From positions 66,059-130,058 of the forward strand of contig JAUYBG010000010.1 of NCBI GenBank assembly GCA_030693205.1: a stretch of 64,000 bases of DNA, given 5' to 3'. Below the pieces are notes generated by a model, which ran no database searches, was not told the origin of the DNA, and was given only the letters and a program-made list of their open reading frames with translations. Positions 8,927-18,800 of the stretch are shown piece by piece. Both the position numbers and the translations under genes were made by a program. Source of the DNA: a bacterium (GTDB lineage: Bacteria > Patescibacteriota > Minisyncoccia > JAHIHE01). Position 1 is the first letter of the stretch, and every line of letters starts with the position of its first letter.

Positions 8927-8955
8927 TGCTATTTGTTTCACATCTAGCACTTTTT

Positions 8956-10416
8956 TTATTCTACAAATTTTCCTTCCAGTCCCCAGGCGCTTGCCTGGGT
9001 TATTTTTATTTTAGCGAATTGGCCCACAGTAAGTTTGCCTTCCAAGGACTCCCCTTGGAAGTTTCCAAGGGGAGTCCTTGGAAGGGAGAGAATAGCAATC
9101 CTCACATTTTTAAAAGTTCTTGTTTTTCCGGCTGCAAATCCGCCATCCAATTTTTCTATTAAAACCTCAACTATTTTCCCGACATATTTTTTATTATTCG
9201 CGAGGGCGGTTTTTCTGAGAATGTCATTAAGAAATTCTTTGCGGCGTTTTTTTTCGGTAATTGGCACATTATCTTTCAGCTTTGCCGCGGCAGTGCCGGT
9301 GCGAGGGGAATATTGGGCTAAATAGGCCATGTCGTATTTTACGCTTCGCATGATTTTGGCGGTGTTGGCGAATTGCGCTTTGGTCTCTCCCGGGAATCCG
9401 ACAATAATATCGGTGGAAATCGCGATTGGCGGATTCCAAACACTCGACTTGTCATTGCGAGCGTTAGCGAAGCAATCTCTTGTGCTATTCTTATGTTTTG
9501 AGATTGCTTCGTCGCTTTGCTCCTCGTAATGACGGAATTGGTATGTTTTTTTAATTTTATTTATTAATTTCAGATATTGCACGCTGGTATAGCGCCGGTT
9601 CATTTTTTCGAGGATTTTATCATCTCCGGCTTGGATCGGCAGATGCACATATTCGCAGATTTTTTTGGATTTTGCCATTATTCGGATCAATTCGTCGCTC
9701 ATATCTTTCGGATGGCTGGTAAGGAAGCGGATCCAAAAATTGCCGGGAATAGCATTGATTAATTTTAAGAGCTGGGGAAAAGTAACGGGTTTTTTCTTAT
9801 TCTCTATTGATTTATAAGAATTTACATTTTGCCCCAGTAGTGTGATTTCTTTATATCCTTTGCCGATCAATCTTTTCACTTCTTTGATTATTTCTTTTGC
9901 CGGCCGCGATATTTCCCGTCCCCGGGTATAAGGCACGGCGCAATAAGAGCAAAAATTATTGCAGCCGGTCATAATCGGAATATATGCGCTAAAATTGCTT
10001 TGGTATTGGGGATTGATCCTGAAATAATCGGTATAATCAAAAGCTTTGAATTCTTGTTCGCTCGCATCGGGGTTCAGGAGTTTGAGCAGTTTTTTAAGTT
10101 CGTCGTTCTTGGGACTGGTTAATTCTTTAATATCGATGATCAGGTCAAATTTATCTTTGAGTTTCTTTTTATCCGATTCAAGAAGGCAGCCGGTCAGAAT
10201 AGTTTTGCCGGATTTATTTATTTTCCTGAAATTTATCAGTTGTCCGTATATTCTATTGATGGCGGATTGGCGGACAGAGCAGGAGTTTATTATAAGCAAA
10301 TCGGCTTCATTGATATTTTTTGCCGGCATGATTTTTGCCAATTTCAAGATCGCCGCGATTCTTTCACTATCGCTTATATTCATCTGACATCCATATGTTA
10401 TGATAAAATATTTCAT
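8956..10416 (-). CDS. miaB: tRNA methylthiotransferase (MiaB/RimO-family radical SAM enzyme) carrying two palindromic in-frame insertions
   Basis: MTTase N-terminal domain YGCQMN..., radical SAM motif CNNFCSYCAVPYTRG, and a TRAM-like C-terminus. It is adjacent to miaA. Confidence 0.8.
   Translation of the reverse strand: MKYFIITYGCQMNISDSERIAAILKLAKIMPAKNINEADLLIINSCSVRQSAINRIYGQLINFRKINKSGKTILTGCLLESDKKKLKDKFDLIIDIKELTSPKNDELKKLLKLLNPDASEQEFKAFDYTDYFRINPQYQSNFSAYIPIMTGCNNFCSYCAVPYTRGREISRPAKEIIKEVKRLIGKGYKEITLLGQNVNSYKSIENKKKPVTFPQLLKLINAIPGNFWIRFLTSHPKDMSDELIRIMAKSKKICEYVHLPIQAGDDKILEKMNRRYTSVQYLKLINKIKKTYQFRHYEEQSDEAISKHKNSTRDCFANARNDKSSVWNPPIAISTDIIVGFPGETKAQFANTAKIMRSVKYDMAYLAQYSPRTGTAAAKLKDNVPITEKKRRKEFLNDILRKTALANNKKYVGKIVEVLIEKLDGGFAAGKTRTFKNVRIAILSLPRTPLGNFQGESLEGKLTVGQFAKIKITQASAWGLEGKFVE
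9035..9085. repeat. Near-perfect 21-bp-stem palindrome (ttccaaggactccccttggaa-gtt-tccaaggggagtccttggaa) inside the 3' end of miaB
   Basis: The two arms are exact reverse complements around a 3-nt loop. It is translated in-frame as ...LPRTPLGNFQGESLEG... Confidence 0.8.
9451..9533. repeat. Palindromic hairpin repeat, family A, copy 2, in-frame inside miaB
   Basis: gtcattgcgagcgttagcgaagcaatc...gattgcttcgtcgctttgctcctcgtaatgac. It is translated as ...EAISKHKNSTRDCFANARNDK... Confidence 0.7.
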
Positions 10417-10588
10417 AATATAAAGTAATAATAAGCCGCTTGCCTCGCGTCGATGAGCTTTGCGAGTCGAGGCGGGTAGGTAATGATATGATATTTCATA
10501 AGTTCATTTTAACATAGTTTTATTTATTTTCAATCCAAAAACCCGCTTTTGGCGGGCATTTGGATATTGATAAAGAAAGAACTTTTAT

Positions 10589-12094
10589 TTAGTATAGATC
10601 TTTGGAGTCAGTGCCAGTTCCGGATATTGGACATTTGTCTACTTTTCTCCAATTAGCTGGCACATCGCAGGGTGTGGGAAATACTTTACAGATTCCTTCC
10701 GGACTGATTGCCGGTGTGATCACTTGAATACAGACTGCTGGTTTAGGAGTAATGCTTACAGTAGGTGGAATTTCCGGTATACTTATGTCCGGTGGGATTT
10801 TTGGTATGCCTGTAATAGGCGGAGTTTCACAAGTTCCTTTCCGAATTATTTCCATTCCGGCCGCTTTGGCAAAACACTCATTAGAATAAGTTTTACCGTT
10901 TTTACCGCAAACCGGATTCCATATCTCAATACAAGCGGGGCCAACATTCAAAACAGGAGGGGTATTTGGGGGAGTAACGCCTGTATCGGGAGTAATGATT
11001 CTATTGGGTGGAACCACCACATCGCCCGTGACTATACATATGGGTTGCGAAGGACAGCCTTTTATGTCCGGGCCAAAAACCACTCTTCCGTTTTTGCAAA
11101 AATCAGAGGCAACGCCCCAAGCCGCACAGCCGATTCGCCGCCCTTCCTCGTTTATTTTTTTTAAAATATCCGCTTTTCCCGCCTCCAGTTTTTCTTGCAG
11201 CCGGGGAGTCTCAACTGTCGCGGTTCCCGCTTTTATTCTCGCTTTCAAATTTTCCAATATTTCCAGTTGTGTTTTTTTGACGCCGGAAATTGTTCCGATA
11301 TAGCCTTTAAATTTTTCCTGATCTTCCGGGCTCATTTTTTCCAGATCCCTCTGCAGTCTTTTCAGAGAATTTTCTTCGGCTTTTTGGATTGCTCCTCTTG
11401 CCTGTTCCGGTAATTTTTCTCCCAAATTTTTTAAAACTTCCAAATTTTTGAATTCTTTAAACTGGCTGCCTGCCTGTTTATCCAGGGCGCTATCAAGCTT
11501 TTCGGTTATTTTTTCCGGCCTGTCTTCCAATTTTTGCATTACGTTATTAAATCTTTCCAGCTGCGCGTCTTTTGCTTCTTTTATTTTTGCGAGCGCTTCC
11601 GATGGAACCTGGGTTTCCAATTTTTGAAGAAGTTTTTGGTGCAGGGCTTGCTGGCCGATGAATTTATTAAGGAAAGTTTCCACTTGAGGATTTTCTTTGG
11701 CTTTTTGATTTATTGCGTTGGCTGCTGTTTTCAGCTGTTCGGCTTCTTTTTGGTAATTTTCCGTTGCCTTTTTAATCGCTTCTTGGTTTTTATTTTGTTC
11801 GATCGTTTTTTTCAGTTCCAGTAATTTTTCATTGGCAAATTTCTCTTTTAGCTCAGTTTTGGCGATAGAGCTAAAAGTGAAAAAACTCTGGATTCCTCTT
11901 TGCCAGTTTTTTAGAAAATAAAATGAGCTATCCGGCAGAATTACTGGTTCGCTGATCCCCAGATCGCTTGCTTGTATATTTTCATCGAGATTCACGGCGG
12001 CTGCCGTTTCTGGCGCTGTTTCCTGGGCTAAGGCCGTCAATCCAAAAATAAAAATCATCGCTAAGCTTAAACCGAAGATTTTTAAACTTTTCAT
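10589..12094 (-). CDS. Secreted coiled-coil protein with a C-terminal Kazal-type protease-inhibitor domain
   Basis: Signal peptide MKSLKIFGLSLAMIFIFGLTALA. A long E/K/Q-rich helical region. Kazal signature C-IEIWN-PVCGKNGKTYSNEC-FAKAAGMEIIRKGTC. Confidence 0.6.
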   Translation of the reverse strand: MKSLKIFGLSLAMIFIFGLTALAQETAPETAAAVNLDENIQASDLGISEPVILPDSSFYFLKNWQRGIQSFFTFSSIAKTELKEKFANEKLLELKKTIEQNKNQEAIKKATENYQKEAEQLKTAANAINQKAKENPQVETFLNKFIGQQALHQKLLQKLETQVPSEALAKIKEAKDAQLERFNNVMQKLEDRPEKITEKLDSALDKQAGSQFKEFKNLEVLKNLGEKLPEQARGAIQKAEENSLKRLQRDLEKMSPEDQEKFKGYIGTISGVKKTQLEILENLKARIKAGTATVETPRLQEKLEAGKADILKKINEEGRRIGCAAWGVASDFCKNGRVVFGPDIKGCPSQPICIVTGDVVVPPNRIITPDTGVTPPNTPPVLNVGPACIEIWNPVCGKNGKTYSNECFAKAAGMEIIRKGTCETPPITGIPKIPPDISIPEIPPTVSITPKPAVCIQVITPAISPEGICKVFPTPCDVPANWRKVDKCPISGTGTDSKDLY

Positions 12095-12205
12095 ATTTTT
12101 TTATTGATTAATTATTTATAATTTATATTTTTATTGCTTTAATTTTAGTCTTTTTTAGAAACGCTGTCAATTTTTTCAATGCTAATTTTCATCTTGACCG
12201 TTCAT

Positions 12206-13651
12206 TTAGCTCAAAAAATCAATTATTCCCATTTCAAATTTATCCAGTTCCGGCGTCATTGGCCAGCCATACGAAAGAGGGGTAAGAATGGCGAAGCTTA
12301 TGGCGATTAAAATCAACAACGCGGCGAAAATCTCTTTGTCTTTTTGGTAAATTTTTTCCAGATAAATGCTTAAAAGCAGAATGGCAAACGTGGCCGAGAG
12401 CAGGTAATGATAAAGAAAAGCCACGCGTTTGACCCCGATGAAAGGCAGGATATTGGCAAAATACGCCAAAACCAGCAAATACATAAACGGTGTAATTTTT
12501 TGCCGTTCTTTTTTACTGACTATTAAAATCAAAGTCAGAGCGATCGCTCCAAACGCGAGCCCCCAGAGGACAGGATTTCCGAGAAAATAAATTTTTCCGA
12601 TCTTTTGTCCATTGTCGGGAGTCGGCGCTTGATACCAATAATATATCGGTTTTTTATCAGAAGGCCATTCGTTCCATACACTGCTAAAAGGATGAGTGGC
12701 GGTCAGTCCGGCGCTGGCGCCGTACATTGTGGCATTTAACTCAATGAATTTTTCCCAAAAATTAAGCGGATCGGGAGTATCTTCTTTTCCGTTTTTGAGT
12801 TCGGACTGGAAAGGCGCGCTCATAAACGCGTCGCCCTGTCCGGACTTGGTCAGAAGATCGAAATGGATATAAAACGGGATCAAATAAATCAGGAATCCCG
12901 TCACGAAAATGATCACAATGCCGGCGATAGCTTCTTTGATTTTGATCATTATAGAAACGGCATGATTTTCCGGGCTTAGCCAATCGGACATTTTTCTGCT
13001 AATAATTTTAATCAATAAAATTGTTACAATAACGCCGATTGTCGCGAGTCCTGTCCATTTTATTGAAACAGTTAATCCGAAACTAACGCCGGTTAGCGCC
13101 AGAAAAGCAAACCATTTCTTGCTGAAGATTTTTTCTTTTTGATAAAGCAGGAAAAAGCAGAAAGTCAGGATCTCAAAAAACACGAGGAAGATATCAATAG
13201 CGATTATTTTTGATTGAACCAGGAAGGCGTTATCGAGTAGGATCAGCACTCCGGCGATCAGGGCAATCTGTCTTGAGCGGGTGGCAAGGTACGCGAACCA
13301 CGAAAAAAGCAATACGAATAAACTTCCGAACAAAGCCGGCAGAAATCTTAAGGTGAAAAATAATTGCGAGTTTGCCGCTTCGCCGATTTTGTCAAAGTTA
13401 AACACAAGATCGAAATTCATTAATTTTGCCCAGCCGGCGATGATAAGCTTTCCCAGAGGCGGGTGGATGTCAAAATAATATTGGTGGTTGAAATAAGCCG
13501 CGGCAAATTTACCAAAGTATATTTCGTCAAAAATTGTCTGATTGGGGTAGGCGAGGAAGGCGAAATGAACAATGAAAGCCGATATTGCCAGAATAACGAA
13601 TAGATAGTTTGTTCTGAGAAAATCTTTTAGCCAAATTATTGACAAATGCAT
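12206..13651 (-). CDS. GT39 (PMT/ArnT-like) membrane glycosyltransferase, resembling protein O-mannosyltransferases
   Basis: FDEIYFGKFAAAY...YFDIHPPLGKLIIAGW matches the conserved PMT loop-1 motif. Multiple TM helices. Confidence 0.6.
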   Translation of the reverse strand: MHLSIIWLKDFLRTNYLFVILAISAFIVHFAFLAYPNQTIFDEIYFGKFAAAYFNHQYYFDIHPPLGKLIIAGWAKLMNFDLVFNFDKIGEAANSQLFFTLRFLPALFGSLFVLLFSWFAYLATRSRQIALIAGVLILLDNAFLVQSKIIAIDIFLVFFEILTFCFFLLYQKEKIFSKKWFAFLALTGVSFGLTVSIKWTGLATIGVIVTILLIKIISRKMSDWLSPENHAVSIMIKIKEAIAGIVIIFVTGFLIYLIPFYIHFDLLTKSGQGDAFMSAPFQSELKNGKEDTPDPLNFWEKFIELNATMYGASAGLTATHPFSSVWNEWPSDKKPIYYWYQAPTPDNGQKIGKIYFLGNPVLWGLAFGAIALTLILIVSKKERQKITPFMYLLVLAYFANILPFIGVKRVAFLYHYLLSATFAILLLSIYLEKIYQKDKEIFAALLILIAISFAILTPLSYGWPMTPELDKFEMGIIDFLS

Positions 13652-13652
13652 A

Positions 13653-15428
13653 TTATTTTTTTTCTTCGATTTCTTTTTTAATCATTTCAATGAACTTTTT
13701 AATTTCCAGAGTTTCGGTTTTTTTATCGCCGCGAGTCCGGACATTGACGGATTTGGATTCTATTTCTTTATCTCCAACCACAAGAAGATAGGGGATCTTT
13801 TGCATTTCTCCGGCGCGGACTTTTTTGCCAAGAGTTTCATTGGTTTCGTCAATTTCAACCCTTATGTCATTATTCAGAAGTTCTTTGTGGATTTTTTTGG
13901 CGTAATCCAGGTGTTTTTCAGTGGATATCGGAACGATTCGCGTTTGTACAGGCGCGAGCCAAGCGGGAAAAGCTCCAGCGGTCTGTTCGACCAAAAAAGC
14001 GAAGAATCTATCGAAAGAACCCATTATTGCACGGTGTATTATAACCGGTTTTTCTTTTTCACCTTTTTCATTGATAAAAGACAGATCAAACCTGTCGGGC
14101 GAATAGAAGTCTAATTGGCAAGTTGCTATCGAGTCTTCTTTTCTTGCCACATTTTTGATCTGGACGTCGATCTTTGGTCCGTAGAACGCCGCTTCTCCCA
14201 CCGCTTCCACGAATTTTACTTTAAGTTTTTTTAAGACCGACCTTACTATTTCGGACGATTTCTCCCATAATTCTTTATTCTCGATATTGCCATATTTTTC
14301 TTTATTATTAAAGTCAGGGAGAGACAGCCTGAACCAATATCCTTCGATCCGGAAATCCTCGTAGACTTTTTGGAAAAGGGCGATTACTTTTTCCAATTCT
14401 TCTTTTACTTGCTTTTGAGCGCAATATATATGGGAATCGTTTTGTGAAAAACATCTTGCCCGGATCAGTCCGGTTAAGACGCCTGATCTTTCAAACCGGT
14501 GAAGCAAGCTGAAGTCGGATAATCTTAAAGGAAGGTCCTTATAACTTTTAAGCCCATGTTTGAAAATTATATGATGATGCGGACAATTCATCGGCTTCAG
14601 ATAATATTTTTCTCCCTCGATGTCAATAGGACTGTACATGTCGTCTTTATAATGCGCAAGATGTCCTGAGGTTTTGTATAATCTTTCATGAGTTAAGGCG
14701 GGAGTATAAACGAAACTATATCCGTTTTTTTTCTCCAGCTCATACATATAATCTTCGAGCCTTTTTCTGATAAAAGCGCCTTTGGGAAGCCAGAGAGGAA
14801 GTCCTTTGCCGACTTCTTCAGAAATCATAAATAGATCCAGTTGTTCGGCTAATTTCCTGTGGTCTCTTTTTTCCGCTTCTTCCTGTTGTTTTAAATACTC
14901 TTGAAGAGCTTTTTTGTCCTGAAAAGCTACGCCGTAAATTCGCTGGAGCATTTTATTTTTTTCGTCTCCGCGCCAATAAGCGCCGGCGATTTTGGTGAGT
15001 TTGAAGCTGGTAGCGTCGATTTCGCCGGCAGAATCAATATGCGGCCCGCGGCAAAGATCCACGAAGTTTTCGGTTTTATATACGGTTACTTTCGGTTCTT
15101 TGGCCTCGGTTGCCAGTATTTCTATCTTATATTTTTGCATCGCCTTATTGAAATGAATAACCGCTTCTTCGTGTGAAATTTCTTGTCTTTCAAAAGGCAG
15201 GTTTTTATTGATTATTTTTCGCATTTTTTCCTCCAGTATCGGCAAATCTTCGGGGATCAAAGTTCGCGGCAGATCGAAATCATAATAAAATCCATTTTCG
15301 ATATTCGGTCCTACGCCGAATTTCGCTTCCGGAAACATATCGAGAACGGCGGAAGCTAAGATATGCGCTAATGAGTGGCGTTTGATTTCAATATCATAAT
15401 TTTTCTTATTTTCGTTGTTTTTGTTCAT
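13653..15428 (-). CDS. thrS: Threonyl-tRNA synthetase
   Basis: Editing-domain N-terminus (HSLAHILASAV), a class II core (RGPHIDSAGE..., FRLSLPD...), and a C-terminal anticodon-binding domain. Confidence 0.9.
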   Translation of the reverse strand: MNKNNENKKNYDIEIKRHSLAHILASAVLDMFPEAKFGVGPNIENGFYYDFDLPRTLIPEDLPILEEKMRKIINKNLPFERQEISHEEAVIHFNKAMQKYKIEILATEAKEPKVTVYKTENFVDLCRGPHIDSAGEIDATSFKLTKIAGAYWRGDEKNKMLQRIYGVAFQDKKALQEYLKQQEEAEKRDHRKLAEQLDLFMISEEVGKGLPLWLPKGAFIRKRLEDYMYELEKKNGYSFVYTPALTHERLYKTSGHLAHYKDDMYSPIDIEGEKYYLKPMNCPHHHIIFKHGLKSYKDLPLRLSDFSLLHRFERSGVLTGLIRARCFSQNDSHIYCAQKQVKEELEKVIALFQKVYEDFRIEGYWFRLSLPDFNNKEKYGNIENKELWEKSSEIVRSVLKKLKVKFVEAVGEAAFYGPKIDVQIKNVARKEDSIATCQLDFYSPDRFDLSFINEKGEKEKPVIIHRAIMGSFDRFFAFLVEQTAGAFPAWLAPVQTRIVPISTEKHLDYAKKIHKELLNNDIRVEIDETNETLGKKVRAGEMQKIPYLLVVGDKEIESKSVNVRTRGDKKTETLEIKKFIEMIKKEIEEKK

Positions 15429-15437
15429 AGTATTTTT

Positions 15438-15530
15438 GTCATTCCGAGCGGAGCGAGGAATCTCTTGGGCTCAATAAAATAATAATAAGTCTAAGAGATT
15501 TCTCAGTCGTTGCTACTCCTTCGAAATGAC
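15438..15530. repeat. Palindromic hairpin repeat, family A, copy 3 (intergenic, in the thrS upstream leader)
   Basis: gtcattccgagcggagcgaggaatctc ... gagatttctcagtcgttgctactccttcgaaatgac. Confidence 0.6.
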
Positions 15531-15820
15531 AAATAAAATTAGCGATTTATTTAATAAAAAAAGCACTATTAATTTAGTACTTCAGGGCGTAAATAACTCA
15601 TAACCAATGACCTATAACTGATAACAAATAAAAGTTATGGGTTATAAGTTTTTAGTTATTAGTTGTTTTGCGCGGTTCCACCTGTATTTATGGCTCGTGA
15701 ATTGTCTAGAAACTTAGTCTGCCGATGAGGCAGGTTCCTTGCGGAAAAAGGCTTGGTAAGCCCTTCAATCGTTTCTAAATATATAATAGGAGATTTTAGG
15801 AAGCGTGTCAAATGTTGGCG

Positions 15821-18800
15821 CTATTCAATTCTAATATTCTCTTTTGCCACTATTTTTTCCAGCGTTTCTTGCAGCGCCGGCGTATAATTCACCGAATACG
15901 GCGTTTTGAGGGTTTTTGTTCCGCTAGCGGATTCAATATTGAGAATGACTTGATTGATTCCTTTTTCCGCGCCGGCAATCATATTTTTCAATTCAGTCAT
16001 TTTTTCCTTATTCCAATCAGCGCTGATTTTGATGAAAATCTTTGGAGCGTTTGGAGGATTATATATTCCATCTCGATTGTTTGCTTGATCGCTGCCAGAA
16101 GAGCCATTGCCGCCCGAAGCAGTGTTGTCAGAATGGGATTTTAATTTTTCTTCAGTGATGATATTTGCCTCGTCCACCAAAATTTTTGTTTCATTGTCGC
16201 GAAAATTCACTTTGCCGGTTATGATGACGATATTATTTTCCGTCCAGACCAGCGGATTTTTGTCCAGAACTTTGGCAAAAACCACCGCTTCGGTTTTGCC
16301 GGTAAGGTCTTCTATTTCCGCGAAGACCATCAGGCGATTGGTTTTGGTCATAATTTTTTTGACACTATTGATGATCGCGCCGATCTTTACCGGAGATCCT
16401 TCGCTTTTGTGCTTTAGGTCTTTGATCGGAATTCCGATCTTTTTAAAATATTGGCTGTAGCGGGCGAGAGGGTGGCCGGAAACATACAAGCCCATTAATT
16501 CTTTTTCCCAGTTCAAATACGCCGTCTTATCGTCGGCGGTCAGTTCGCGGGAAGGCAAGTTCAAATGACTTACGGAAAAAGCGGCATCGCCGAAGAGGCT
16601 TGCTTGCATACTGCTTTTATTTTTGTGGAGTTCGTGGGAATATTCAAGGATTTTTTCAATATTTTCCACAATCGTATGGCGGGGCAGGAATTTATCGAAA
16701 GCTCCGGTTTTTGCCAGCGCTTCAATGGATTTCTTGTTTAATTCGTGAGGGTCAAGCCTTTCCAGAATGTCTTCGAAGTTTTTAAAAGCGCCATGAGCTT
16801 TTCGCTCCGCGACCAGATTTTCGACAAATTTTTCGCCGATATTTTTTATCGCCAAAAGTCCGAAGCGGATAGTTTTTTCGTCAATGTAAGTGAAGTTTTT
16901 CAAGCTTTCGTTGATATCGGGAGGCAAGACTTTTATGCCCATATTTTCGCATTCTTCCACGGCTTCGGCGATCTTTTCGGTATCATCGGATTCCGCAGTC
17001 ATTACCGCCGCCATAAATTCCGCTGGGAAATTGGCTTTCATATAAGCGGTATAATAGGCGACATTGGCATAGCTCGCGGCATGGGCTTTATTGAATCCGT
17101 AAGCGGCAAAAGGCTCGATCAGAGTAAAAAGTTCCTGGGCTTTTTGCTTTGTCATTCCTCCGGCGATCGCTCCATCAGTGAATTTTATTTTTTGGCGCGC
17201 CATTTCCTCGGCGATTTTTTTGCCCATGGCTTTACGGAGCTTGTCGGCTTCTTCCCAAGTATAGCCGGCGATATTGATGGCGATAAGGAGCACGTCGTCT
17301 TGATAGGTGATGATTCCGTAAGACATGTCGAGAATACTTCTCATTCGCGGATCAAGCACTTTGATCAAAGTCGGGTTATGCTTTCTCGCGATGAATTCCG
17401 GAATGGAATTCATCGGGCCCGGGCGGAAAAGCGCTACCATGGCCATGATATCGAAAATAGTCGTGGGTTTTAATTCTTTGAGATAGCGCGTCATGCCGGA
17501 TCCGGAAAGCTGAAAAACTCCCATAGTTTGGCCTTTGGTCAGGAGGTCGAATGTTTTTTTGTCGTCCATGGGAATAGCCTGAAAATCAACCGTGATGCCT
17601 TTGGTGCCTTTGACGATTTTTACCGCTTGTCCCAAGATCGACAGATTTCTTATTCCCAAAAAGTCCATTTTTACCAATCCCACTTCTTCCACGGCGCCCA
17701 TTTCATATTGAGTGATCACTTTTTCTCCGCCAGGATCTTTTTGAAGCGGCAGGTAATCAGTCAGGTCGGTAGGCGAAATAACCACTCCGGCAGCGTGCAC
17801 TGACGCGTGGCGCGCCACTCCTTCCAGTTTTTCCGCCAAATCCAGTATTTTTTTCACTTCCGGGTCGTTTTTGTAGGCGGCTCCGAGCGATGGCGTCATT
17901 TTTTTTGCCTGATCGATCGTCATAGTGGAGCCCTGGCTTCCCATCGGGATCATTTTGGCGATCGAGTCGGATTTGGTATAGGGAATGCCAAGCGCCCGGG
18001 CTACGTCTCGCACGGAAGCTCTCGCGGCCATGGTTCCAAAAGTGACAATTTGCGCGACTTTGTCTTTGCCGTATTTTTGGGTGACGTATTCAATTACTTT
18101 ATCGCGCTTGTCATCGGCAAAGTCCATATCAATATCCGGAGGAGAGGGGCGAAAGGGATTCAAAAATCTTTCAAAAGGCAGATTGTATTTCAGGGGATTG
18201 ATATTCGTGATCGCCAGGCAGTATGAGACAAAGCTTCCGGCAGCCGAACCTCTGGTGGTAGAAATTATTCCTTCCGTTCTTGACCAGTTGACGAAATCCG
18301 CCACAATGAGAAAATAAGCCGAATATTTTTTTTGGAAAACAATGCCTAATTCATACTCGATTCTTTCTATTTCTTTGGGGTCAACTTTTCCATGGAGAGC
18401 TTCGGGGAAAACATCTTCCGGTTTTACGGCAATATTATTTCTTCCAGCCAATCCTTCATAGGTTTTTCTTTTTAAATACTGATCGACAGTGTAATTTTCC
18501 GGCAAAGGAAAGGCGGGAAAATGCCGGGCGGTAAGTTCGATCGCGAGATCGCACATCGCGGCGATTTTTTCAGTATTTTCGATCGCTTCAGGCGTTTCTT
18601 TCATTGCTTCGATCATTTCTTCCGGCGTTTTGAAGGAAAAATCTTCTCCCAGCATGCTCATCCTGTCTTTTTCCGTGACTTTCCGGTTCATTTGGATGCA
18701 AAGCAGAGTATCCTGCGCTTCGGCGTCTTCTTTCAGCAAATAATGCGCGTCGTTTGTCGCTACCAGAGGAATATTCAATTTTTTGGAAATTTCAATCAGA

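Noticed and set aside
12762-12983. Arg-rich 73-aa ORF antisense within the GT39 gene
   Set aside because: It is embedded in the opposite strand of a well-supported membrane glycosyltransferase, and its composition is that of a reverse-strand artefact.
15531-15820. Possible T-box or tRNA-like leader upstream of thrS
   Set aside because: I found several small hairpins but no T-box specifier/antiterminator consensus and no tRNA-like operator. The region probably just holds the dnaE terminator, the thrS promoter and the family-A repeat.
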